A stretch of 39,736 bases of DNA from an uncultured Gammaproteobacteria bacterium (GTDB lineage Bacteria; Patescibacteriota; Microgenomatia; CAZETR01; Amesbacteraceae): positions 1 through 39,736 of the forward strand of contig CAYITQ010000003.1 in assembly GCA_964366335.1 (NCBI GenBank). The letters are read 5' to 3'. The notes under the pieces are model-generated. The model saw only the letters and a program-made list of their open reading frames with translations, searched no databases and had not been told where the DNA came from. Below are positions 1-7,552 of the stretch, one piece after another (position 1 is the stretch's first letter; every line of letters begins with the position of its first letter). The position numbers were made by a program, and so were the translations under genes.

Positions 1-372
1 GATACTTTGACACTATCGACATTACCTGTCTATAGCGATATAGCTGAAAGTGTGAAGCAAGACTGGGAAAAAGCCGGGATAAAGGTGAATGTTGAGATTG
101 TAAATAGTATTCCCGAGAATTTTACTGCCATGATTCTTACTCAAGTCACCCCCCCCGATCCGGATCAATATAATCTCTGGCACTCGACTCAAGGCACGAA
201 CAACACCCATCTGGATAACAAACGGATTGATAAACTTCTGGAAGAGGGAAGGAAAACGGTTGATCCAAAACTGCGTTTGGAAATATACCGGGATTTTCAG
301 AAGTTTTTATTAGAAGAAGCTCCGGTTGCATTCCTTTATTATCAAACTACATACACAGTAACCAGAAAATAG
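1..372 (+). CDS. ABC transporter peptide-binding protein (family 5), C-terminal part, truncated by window start
   Basis: Motifs DPDQYNLWHS, IDKLLEEGR, R.EIY..FQ..L.EEAP typical of the OppA/DppA C-terminus. Confidence 0.8.
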   Translation, partial: DTLTLSTLPVYSDIAESVKQDWEKAGIKVNVEIVNSIPENFTAMILTQVTPPDPDQYNLWHSTQGTNNTHLDNKRIDKLLEEGRKTVDPKLRLEIYRDFQKFLLEEAPVAFLYYQTTYTVTRK

Positions 373-385
373 TTTAAATTCGTAT

Positions 386-1048
386 ATGTTATTACCAACT
401 ATCACAATTGCGGCAATAGTCGACAGTATCAATCCTTGTGCGATTTCTGTACTCTTGCTGACCATCGGCTTTTTATTTAGTCTGCAAAAGAGCCGGAGCA
501 ATATTTTAAGTATCGGTTTGGCATATATTGCCGCCATTTATTTGATCTATATTTCTATCGGGCTTGGGATATTACGGGCTCTGACCTTCTTTGGATTTCC
601 CAAATTTTTGGGTAAATTCGGGGCCATATTTATTATTACCGCCGGAGTGCTGAATATTATCAATCACTACTTCCCGAAATTCCCCATTAAGCTTGCGATG
701 CCTGAGAGTAGTCATTCAAAACTCGCCAAGTTTATCGAAAAAGCTTCTATACCGTCGGCTGTTATCTTAGGTATTCTAGTGGGATTATATGAATTTCCCT
801 GCACCGGAGGCCCATATCTGACGATCTTGGGTTTATTACATGACAAAGCTACTTATTTTCAAGGCTTTTTGTATCTAATATATTACAACCTGATATTTAT
901 TTTACCCTTGGTAGTAATCTTGTGGTTAGGCAGCCGGCAGGATCTGTTTGAAAAAGTTTCTAAATGGCGAAATGACAAAATGACTAAATTAGGTATTATT
1001 GATGGCTTGATTATGATTATATTGGGTGTAATAATACTACTGGTATGA
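386..1048 (+). CDS. CcdA/DsbD-like transmembrane thiol-disulfide protein
   Basis: About 6 hydrophobic helices with two Pro-Cys motifs (INPCA, EFPCTGG). Confidence 0.75.
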   Translation: MLLPTITIAAIVDSINPCAISVLLLTIGFLFSLQKSRSNILSIGLAYIAAIYLIYISIGLGILRALTFFGFPKFLGKFGAIFIITAGVLNIINHYFPKFPIKLAMPESSHSKLAKFIEKASIPSAVILGILVGLYEFPCTGGPYLTILGLLHDKATYFQGFLYLIYYNLIFILPLVVILWLGSRQDLFEKVSKWRNDKMTKLGIIDGLIMIILGVIILLV

Positions 1049-1503
1049 TTTCACAAGCAGATTTTCTAAAAAAAGTAGAGGAGTTGAAAAACAAAAAGGG
1101 TGCAGATCTCAGTACCGATGAAGACTTAAGCATAGCGGTAATGAACTTGATCAGTTTGGAGGAACACTTCTTTTTTACCTCGCAAAAGACCAAAAATGAC
1201 AGTTATCTTAAGATGCTTTCAGAAGTTCGTGATTTACGCAAAGAGCTTTTGGCTAAGCTCATGCCCAAAAATGAGGGTGAAACGTGGTGTATCTCAAAGC
1301 ACCTGTTGGCAGCTACAATGAGACTTCTGGAGGTCGGAACCAAAACCAAAGACAAGAAATTTTTTAAGATGGCCTATCAAGTCTATTCAATGTTTTGGGG
1401 TATCAAGTTTGGATTGATAGATGCCAAGAATGTCACAAAGATAGACAAACCCTGGACGATGGAAGATTTGGTTACCAAAATGGTTGACTGCTGCCGTGAG
1501 TAA
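1045..1503 (+). CDS. Hypothetical protein with EEH, WCxxKH and C-terminal DCCRE motifs
   Basis: 152-aa ORF, ATGA-coupled to the upstream gene. Confidence 0.7.
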   Translation: MISQADFLKKVEELKNKKGADLSTDEDLSIAVMNLISLEEHFFFTSQKTKNDSYLKMLSEVRDLRKELLAKLMPKNEGETWCISKHLLAATMRLLEVGTKTKDKKFFKMAYQVYSMFWGIKFGLIDAKNVTKIDKPWTMEDLVTKMVDCCRE

Positions 1504-1855
1504 TAAAGTAATTATCGTTAGTTTGTTATTAGTTACTTTGTTATTGGTGGGAGGAATAGCTTTGGCATCCCGTCCATCAAAATCCAACCCTGCTTTGGAT
1601 TCTTTTACCAAATGTCTGGCCGAAAAAAAATTGATAATGTATGGGGCCTATTGGTGTCCACATTGCCAAGCCCAGAAAAAGCTTTTTGGTAATTCAGTCC
1701 AATATTTGCCATATGTAGAATGTACGCAACAGACCGAATTATGTCTGGAAAAGAAGATAGAAGGTTACCCAACCTGGATTGATGCCTCCGGTAATCGCTT
1801 CAGCGGCGAACAATCTCTGCAAAAGCTCTCCGAAATCACCCAATGCAAGCTCTAA
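1484..1855 (+). CDS. Membrane-anchored thioredoxin-fold protein
   Basis: N-terminal TM helix, MYGAYWCPHC active site, GYPTW cis-Pro motif. Confidence 0.85.
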   Translation: MTAAVSNKVIIVSLLLVTLLLVGGIALASRPSKSNPALDSFTKCLAEKKLIMYGAYWCPHCQAQKKLFGNSVQYLPYVECTQQTELCLEKKIEGYPTWIDASGNRFSGEQSLQKLSEITQCKL

Positions 1856-1859
1856 CCTC

Positions 1860-1876
1860 AAAAGGCCAGGCCTTTT
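1860..1876. repeat. REP-like palindrome AAAAGGCC-A-GGCCTTTT
   Basis: Perfect 8-1-8 palindrome just past the transposase stop; core recurs at 2070-2085 and 2600-2615. Confidence 0.8.
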
Positions 1877-1877
1877 T

Positions 1878-2570
1878 TTATTGCATATCTTCACTTAGAG
1901 TCAGGCCTTTAATAAACATCATCGAATCATATCCATTATTATCACCTACAAAACTGGCATATGAATTATATCCAGTTTTAGTAAAATAACCCAAAATTTC
2001 TTCAGGATTAACCCAATCCACATGTTTATCTGAAATATATTGAAGGTATGAGGAATGTGGATAACTTTGAAAGGCCAGGCCTTTTGAGCCCGAATTACAA
2101 TGAATATATCTTGTTAAATGTAGTAACTGCTCTTCGGTGCGTACTAATACGGCTTTATATTTTCCTTGGAACAAATGTCCTACTCTCTTATATTTTTTAT
2201 TGAAATACATAGTATATCTAGTCATTAAGGAATTCATAAAGCTGTCCATGCCCCAGGTGGGCTTCTGCTTTAGCAGAAAATGAAAATGATTTGTCATTTG
2301 GCAATAGGCAATTAAGGAAACGATGTTGTGAAAGTTGTTTAATTTGAGTAATCTTAGAGCATCTGATTTTTGTTTTGGAGTAGACATTGGATCAGAGATG
2401 GTATCCTGAAGAAAATCGCCGTCTTTGACCAACAAATAGTTTTTTAGGTATGAAATAAATACTGCATAGTCTTGTTCGTCTATGAAAATAGACCGTTTTT
2501 CTACCCCACGATTATAAATATGATAATATGCATTTTCGCGATATTCCTTTATCGAGTTTTTTGCAGGCAT
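1878..2570 (-). CDS. REP-associated tyrosine transposase (Y1/HUH, IS200-like superfamily)
   Basis: YYHIYNRG, YCQMTNHFH (HUH), HLFQGKYK, RYIH motifs; flanking palindromes. Confidence 0.9.
   Translation of the reverse strand: MPAKNSIKEYRENAYYHIYNRGVEKRSIFIDEQDYAVFISYLKNYLLVKDGDFLQDTISDPMSTPKQKSDALRLLKLNNFHNIVSLIAYCQMTNHFHFLLKQKPTWGMDSFMNSLMTRYTMYFNKKYKRVGHLFQGKYKAVLVRTEEQLLHLTRYIHCNSGSKGLAFQSYPHSSYLQYISDKHVDWVNPEEILGYFTKTGYNSYASFVGDNNGYDSMMFIKGLTLSEDMQ
2056..2085 (+). repeat. 30-bp direct repeat, copy 1 (TGTGGATAACTTTGAAAGGCCAGGCCTTTT), inside the transposase CDS
   Basis: Identical to 2586-2615. Confidence 0.9.
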
Positions 2571-2585
2571 ATTAGTATTATATAC

Positions 2586-2615
2586 TGTGGATAACTTTGA
2601 AAGGCCAGGCCTTTT
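2586..2615 (+). repeat. 30-bp direct repeat, copy 2, upstream of the transposase
   Basis: Identical to 2056-2085. Confidence 0.9.
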
Positions 2616-3201
2616 AAAAAAGGCTTGGTTGGGAAATAGGGGGAGAATTACTGGGATATGAGAAGTCGAGGGGGAATTCGCGGGGGGTGTTCCAGCGGTC
2701 GATATATTTTACAGACTTATTGGTCATGATATAGTCATAGACATCACGGGTCAGTTCAACATCCATCCGGCAGTATTTTTCAAGCAACATCAGGCTTTCA
2801 GGATCGCCTTTTTGCCAATAATTGACAGCATTCTCACCGGTATCATTTTTTGTCAGATTTAAACAACCCTTGGCGATTGCGTTTAGCGAGGCGGCAAAAC
2901 CATCATTGGCATTTTTTATTTCATTATAAATATCAAAGTGATTAAGCTTTGGAAAATCGGGTGGAGCGTAAGGAGCCAGAACAGGAATATCAAATTTTAG
3001 AGTATTGAAGCCGATGATACGGTCAGCTCTTCGAAAATACTTCCACATTTGATCAAAATCTTTTTCAAAAAAGGAATACATCTTGTTTTCCGGCCGGACA
3101 TACATACAAACGATAGAAACTCCCAAGGAGGAAAGTTCTGTAATTCCGCCTTCATCAAACCAATGTTTGACTTCTATATCAAAAAAGATTTCGTACATCA
3201 T
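2614..3201 (-). CDS. RNase H-like / DEDD 3'-5' exonuclease domain protein
   Basis: FFDIE, IIGFN..FD, YC..DV motifs; start moved to MMYEIFFDIE. Confidence 0.85.
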   Translation of the reverse strand: MMYEIFFDIEVKHWFDEGGITELSSLGVSIVCMYVRPENKMYSFFEKDFDQMWKYFRRADRIIGFNTLKFDIPVLAPYAPPDFPKLNHFDIYNEIKNANDGFAASLNAIAKGCLNLTKNDTGENAVNYWQKGDPESLMLLEKYCRMDVELTRDVYDYIMTNKSVKYIDRWNTPREFPLDFSYPSNSPPISQPSLF

Positions 3202-4504
3202 GAAGTTTTGGCAGGACAGCGCCATTTATCAACTTGGCAAATACTTCCCGGGACTTATCTTCAGCGTGAACCAAAAATATTTGTTTTACTCCGCTCATGG
3301 CATTTAGCCAACGCAGAAGCTTGGGTTGATCCGCATGGGCGGATAAAGATGAACATTTATTGATAGTGGCCCGAACTTCTATAGTCTGTCCGTGGATTTT
3401 TATTATTTTCGGCTTTGCCATTAACCGGAAACCCAATGTGTCCTGCGCCTGAAAACCAACAAATAGCAGACGCGTGATTGGCATGGGTAAATAATTTTGC
3501 AAGTGCCTGACAATTCTGCCGCCATTGAGCATGCCACTGCCTGCAATAATAACTTTTGCCCCGGCCGTTTGCCAAATATTTCTACTTTCTTCAGCATGGG
3601 TAACCAGATGTAGACTGGGGAAATCAAATGGATCATCTGTAGTTACATGTTGTTGTAATTCTTTACTATAGAGCGACCGGTATTTTTTGTAAATCTCTGT
3701 CGCTTTAATGGCCATCGGACTATCTAGATACACAAGCGTCTCGGGCAATATTTGCCTTTCTCTTTTCAAATGATCCAGAATATGTAATAGTTCTTGTGTC
3801 CGCTCTATGGAGAAAGCGGGGATTAATAATGTACCATTTGTTCTTTCCACTGCGCTAATTTCATTGGTCAGAATTTGCCTAATGTCCTGTGATGAATGAA
3901 TACGGTCACCATAGGTGGCCTCCATGACCACAGTATCTGCACGATCTATCATTTCGGTAGGCGCAAGCAAATCTTCGGGATAATTACCGAGGTCTCCGGA
4001 AAAGACAACCTTTTTACCTTCCATATATATTTCAATACTGGAGGACCCCATGATATGTCCGGCATCCCGAAAGATTATTGTGATATCTTTAATCTTAACT
4101 TCTTGGTGATAAGCAACCGGTTTCATGGCTTGGACGGTAAATTCAGCATCAGTTTCACTATACAATGGGGATCTATCACGATTTTCTTTAGCAATTTTGG
4201 CAGTATCTAAAAGAACCAGGTTGGTCAGATCAATGGTCGCTTCTGTGGCATATATTGGGCCTTTATAGCCGTTTTTAACAAGTAACGGCAATCGGCCGGA
4301 ATGATCCAGATGGGCATGAGTTAAGATTATCCCATCTAACTTTAATATATCAATATCAATTGTTTCGTAATTTAACTTTGTCAGATAATGTGAACCCTGA
4401 AACATGCCGCAATCAATCATGATTTGGGTACCTGAGTCAGAACAAATTACATAACACGAGCCTGTGACAGTACCTGATGCACCTAAAAATTTAATAGTTG
4501 ACAT
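3179..4504 (-). CDS. MBL-fold beta-CASP RNA-metabolising hydrolase
   Basis: FLGA..VTGS, LTHAHLDHSG, AGHIMGS, FSGDLG, SAHAD, LVHAE motifs; start at MSTIKF. Confidence 0.95.
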   Translation of the reverse strand: MSTIKFLGASGTVTGSCYVICSDSGTQIMIDCGMFQGSHYLTKLNYETIDIDILKLDGIILTHAHLDHSGRLPLLVKNGYKGPIYATEATIDLTNLVLLDTAKIAKENRDRSPLYSETDAEFTVQAMKPVAYHQEVKIKDITIIFRDAGHIMGSSSIEIYMEGKKVVFSGDLGNYPEDLLAPTEMIDRADTVVMEATYGDRIHSSQDIRQILTNEISAVERTNGTLLIPAFSIERTQELLHILDHLKRERQILPETLVYLDSPMAIKATEIYKKYRSLYSKELQQHVTTDDPFDFPSLHLVTHAEESRNIWQTAGAKVIIAGSGMLNGGRIVRHLQNYLPMPITRLLFVGFQAQDTLGFRLMAKPKIIKIHGQTIEVRATINKCSSLSAHADQPKLLRWLNAMSGVKQIFLVHAEDKSREVFAKLINGAVLPKLHDVRNLF

Positions 4505-4531
4505 TATCTGTAGATTATATATCATAGTCTG

Positions 4532-5059
4532 ATGAAAGACTTATGTCCGAAATGCCAATCACCTCTCTCTGAAATATCAGAAACTGCTACCGGAAAGAAA
4601 TTGCAACGTTGCAGTAAAGGGAGCTGGAATCCGGAAACTCATAAGAATGAAGGTTGTGATTATGTCAAGTGGATAGTGCCGGAACCCCAGACTTTGGATG
4701 AAAAGTGTCCCAAGTGTGACGCCCCCTTAGTTTTACAAACTACCCGCTTTGGCAAAAAAATGAAGAAATGTAGTACTTCGGTTTGGGATGCAACAGCCAA
4801 AAAAGCCACCGGTTGTGACTATATTGAATGGATTAATGGCACCAGTGAACCCCTGGATGAAAAATGTCCTAAGTGCAGTGAACCTCTAGTTTTGTATACT
4901 ACTGCAGCTGGTAAAAAGATGAAGAAGTGTAGTACTTCAGGCTGGGACCGTGAAGCCAAGAAAGCCACAGGTTGCGATTATATTGAATGGCTCAAATCTA
5001 CCAATGCCAAGCCCACCGACGGTGAAGAGTTTTTACCCCCTTTTCCGGAAGATAACTAG
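4532..5059 (+). CDS. Stand-alone triple C4 zinc-ribbon protein (topoisomerase I C-terminal zinc-finger-like)
   Basis: Three ~53-aa repeats CPKC...CS...GCDY; 159-nt period (4695 vs 4854). Confidence 0.8.
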   Translation: MKDLCPKCQSPLSEISETATGKKLQRCSKGSWNPETHKNEGCDYVKWIVPEPQTLDEKCPKCDAPLVLQTTRFGKKMKKCSTSVWDATAKKATGCDYIEWINGTSEPLDEKCPKCSEPLVLYTTAAGKKMKKCSTSGWDREAKKATGCDYIEWLKSTNAKPTDGEEFLPPFPEDN

Positions 5060-5682
5060 TTTTTACAATCTGGACCTCTGGTAAAACCCGCCGTTTCCGC
5101 TTCCTCCTGGGTACAAAACCAATTTTCTCCTAAATATAATTGAACCATGGTATTATTGTATTCTTTGCATCCCGGATATCGATACAATCGATCACCATAG
5201 CTCGATGAAATGTTAGCTTTGATAACGCACTTTGGAAATTTAATATTGGTTTCTTGGGTACAAGGCATTCCGAATATTCCGAGCTTCTTATCTCGTGCTT
5301 TTTTAGAACTCAGAGTGTATTCGTCTCTATCGCCCGGATCTACTCTGGAAATAAAAGCGTTACCACTTGCAAGCATGGTTAAACCTATATCCTGGTTGTC
5401 TAAATATACCCGCGATACCAACCTTCGGTATTTATCGTTAAATAACACTTTAATATAGAGGCGTTTTCCCAGTATCAATTTTTCTAAAGCAATTTTTGCT
5501 TCATTACCACCACAAAGCTCTAGTTCTGGTGTGTCCACCCCGCTTAAACGGATTTTTTGATGTTCAATTGTTTCAAATGTATCCCCATCGATTACTCTCA
5601 ATACTTGGTAAGTCGTTTTTAAATAGACTGCAGAGGATATGGTCATCGTTGCCAGTACCCCAGCCACAAATTTCTTATTCAT
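5056..5682 (-). CDS. Secreted thermonuclease (SNase) family protein with Cys-rich C-terminal domain
   Basis: VIDGDT, IRLSGVDTPE, DKYRR motifs; signal/TM N-terminus. Confidence 0.9.
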   Translation of the reverse strand: MNKKFVAGVLATMTISSAVYLKTTYQVLRVIDGDTFETIEHQKIRLSGVDTPELELCGGNEAKIALEKLILGKRLYIKVLFNDKYRRLVSRVYLDNQDIGLTMLASGNAFISRVDPGDRDEYTLSSKKARDKKLGIFGMPCTQETNIKFPKCVIKANISSSYGDRLYRYPGCKEYNNTMVQLYLGENWFCTQEEAETAGFTRGPDCKN

Positions 5683-5683
5683 G

Positions 5684-5755
5684 TGCCCCTAGCAGGAATC
5701 GGACCTGCATCTCTTCCTTAGAAGGGAAATGCTCTATCCATTGAGCTATAAGGGC
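5684..5755 (-). tRNA. tRNA-Arg(TCT)
   Basis: Cloverleaf GCCCTTA...TAGGGGC-A; anticodon loop CT-TCT-AA; T-loop TCCGATT. Confidence 0.93.
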
Positions 5756-5841
5756 GTTATATCCTATTTTACACCAAAATGATTTATTTCAATTGACAAA
5801 TACCTTGCATACAAGAATTAGTTCGTATAAACTAGGTATTA

Positions 5842-6537
5842 GTGATAAGTAAAAATATTGAAAAACATCTAGCCATAAGTTTGAGAAGAAAAGGTCTTTC
5901 ATATCGAGAAATAATGACACAGGTGCCGGTAGCTAAGTCTACAATATCAATTTGGCTAAAATCTGTTGGTCTTTCAACGCCACAAATAACCAGGCTTACT
6001 CAAAAGCGACTTGATGCTGCAAGACGAGGAGGACTGGCCAAAAGGTTTCAAAGATTGAGAGTTGAGAGAGAAATTAGAGATGAAGCAAAACAAGAAGTTG
6101 GTGAAATAAACAAGCAAGATTTATGGCTTATGGGTTGTATGCTTTACTGGGCTGAGGGAAGTAAGGCTAAATCCTATAGTCCAAGCGTGGGACTTCAATT
6201 TAGCAATTCAGATTTTCGAATGGTAAATATATTTATTAAGTGGTGCACTATTTGTTTAGGAGTACCAACAGAAAAATTGATATTTAGTATTTATATACAC
6301 GAAACCCATAAAGATGATCGCGAAAGGTTTCGTCAATACTGGTCAGATCAGATTGGACTTTCACTAGTACATTTTGATAAAATCTACTATAAGAGAACCG
6401 CTCTACGTACGAATCGGAGGAATCTAGGCCGGGATTATCACGGACAAATATATGTCAAGGTGTCTCGTAGTACAAATCTGAATCGAAAAGTAGAAGCGTG
6501 GATCAATGAAATTTACAATCGATGCGGGGTCGTCTAA
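5842..6537 (+). CDS. HTH plus LAGLIDADG-like domain protein (possible free-standing homing endonuclease derivative)
   Basis: N-terminal HTH (GLSYREI...VAKSTIS.W), LMGCMLYWAEGS helix, FSNSD; stop codon lies inside tRNA-Gln. Confidence 0.6.
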   Translation: MISKNIEKHLAISLRRKGLSYREIMTQVPVAKSTISIWLKSVGLSTPQITRLTQKRLDAARRGGLAKRFQRLRVEREIRDEAKQEVGEINKQDLWLMGCMLYWAEGSKAKSYSPSVGLQFSNSDFRMVNIFIKWCTICLGVPTEKLIFSIYIHETHKDDRERFRQYWSDQIGLSLVHFDKIYYKRTALRTNRRNLGRDYHGQIYVKVSRSTNLNRKVEAWINEIYNRCGVV

Positions 6538-6595
6538 TGGCAGGACCTCTGACTTTGGATCAGATGATTTCTAGGTTCGAATCCTAGCCCCGCAG
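6523..6595 (+). tRNA. tRNA-Gln(TTG)
   Basis: TGCGGGG/CCCCGCA acceptor stem; TCTGA-CTTTGGA-TCAGA anticodon arm; TTCGAAT T-loop. Confidence 0.95.
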
Positions 6596-6622
6596 CATTA
6601 AGCTTGATATAATAAGAGGATT

Positions 6623-6675
6623 GGGTTCGTAGCTCAGCTGGTTAGAGCAGTCCAGACTTAGTCTGGAACGGTCGT
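6623..6675 (+). pseudogene. 5' two-thirds of a tRNA-Lys-like gene, anticodon arm replaced by palindrome TCCAGACTTAGTCTGGA
   Basis: Acceptor 5' strand, D-arm and variable loop match the neighbouring tRNA-Lys; broken at the T-stem 4 nt before the GIY-YIG ATG. Confidence 0.8.
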
Positions 6676-6679
6676 AAAT

Positions 6680-6925
6680 ATGTATCTCTATATTCTATTC
6701 AACAAAATTTCCAATAAATATTACATAGGAATTACAGTGAATTTAAATCGTAGGCTTATTGAACATAATTCAAACAACACGCATTACACTGGAAAACTTG
6801 ATGGTAATTGGGAACTTTTGTATTCGAAGTGGTTTAATAGTAAAATTAACGCCAGACGGGAAGAAATACGACTCAAGAAATCTGGTAACCGTAAATATCT
6901 TGAATGGTATATTTCCCAAGATTGA
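6680..6925 (+). CDS. Small GIY-YIG nuclease family protein
   Basis: YLYIL...YYIGIT.NLNRRL.EHN...ARREE..LK motif. Confidence 0.92.
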   Translation: MYLYILFNKISNKYYIGITVNLNRRLIEHNSNNTHYTGKLDGNWELLYSKWFNSKINARREEIRLKKSGNRKYLEWYISQD

Positions 6926-6996
6926 GTCCGTAGCTCAGTTGGTAGAGCAGCTTCCTCTTAAGAAGACGGTCGTGGGTTCGAATCCCACCGGGCTCA
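6924..6996 (+). tRNA. tRNA-Lys(CTT)
   Basis: GAGTCCG/CGGGCTC-A acceptor; CTTC-CTCTTAA-GAAG anticodon arm; GTGGG-TTCGAAT-CCCAC T-arm. Confidence 0.95.
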
Positions 6997-6998
6997 CA

Positions 6999-7115
6999 GG
7001 GTTTTATGGCTCAGTTGGTTAGAGCAGTCCAGACTTAGTCTGGAACGGTCGTGGGTTCCCCGCCTGCATCCCGCTAAGCGGGAAGCTTTGCGGGCAGGGA
7101 ATCCCACCGAGCCCA
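6999..7115 (+). pseudogene. tRNA-Lys-like gene with palindromic anticodon arm and a 40-nt palindromic insertion (7059-7098) in the T-loop
   Basis: 7009-7052 matches 6632-6675 at 43/44; GTGGGTTC-[insert]-GAATCCCACCGAGCCCA. Confidence 0.8.
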
Positions 7116-7164
7116 CAAGTTATGACACTTGTGCGATTATAAAAAGTAGGCTACACTAATAGAC

Positions 7165-7551
7165 ATGGATTCAGATACGCTATTAAATTTAACCAACATG
7201 ATCAATACGTCGCTGTCAACGGCGGAACGGGTCAAAGAGGAGAAAGCCAAACTTTTGGAAATGCTTAAAGACCTTTTGGATAATGACCCAAGCTTCCTTG
7301 AGGCTTCAGAACAGGCAAAGACAGCTGGCAAGGCCAAGGGGCAAGCAAGAAAGCAAGTCATGCGCCAGCCACAAGCTGCTGATTTAGATGGAAAACTTTC
7401 AGAGCTAAAAAAACATTTGAAAGATATTAATAATAATTTGTCTATGTATCTGGCAGATTATGCTAGGGCCTCCGGTCAGAATTCTTTTGAAGATCCAAAT
7501 GGGGAAGTCCGCGAAATTGTCTATGTAGCTAAGCTCGTCAAGAAATCCTGA
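7165..7551 (+). CDS. Hypothetical coiled-coil protein
   Basis: 128-aa ORF; TACACT -10-like hexamer 7 nt before ATG. Confidence 0.75.
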   Translation: MDSDTLLNLTNMINTSLSTAERVKEEKAKLLEMLKDLLDNDPSFLEASEQAKTAGKAKGQARKQVMRQPQAADLDGKLSELKKHLKDINNNLSMYLADYARASGQNSFEDPNGEVREIVYVAKLVKKS

Positions 7552-7552
7552 T

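Noticed and set aside
2056-2594. Replication origin suggested by two perfect DnaA boxes
   Set aside because: Only two boxes 530 bp apart, both part of one transposase-linked repeat and one inside a CDS; no box cluster or dnaA/dnaN nearby. A third match at 35219-35227 is within ABC-F coding sequence.
6676-7052. Group I intron in a tRNA encoding a GIY-YIG endonuclease
   Set aside because: The interval is fully occupied by the ORF, an intact tRNA and the repeat, leaving no room for a ribozyme core.
6623-7115. Functional ochre suppressor tRNA or alternative genetic code
   Set aside because: One copy is truncated and the other has a disrupted T-loop and weak acceptor stem; the loop lacks U33; many conserved genes here end normally at TAA.
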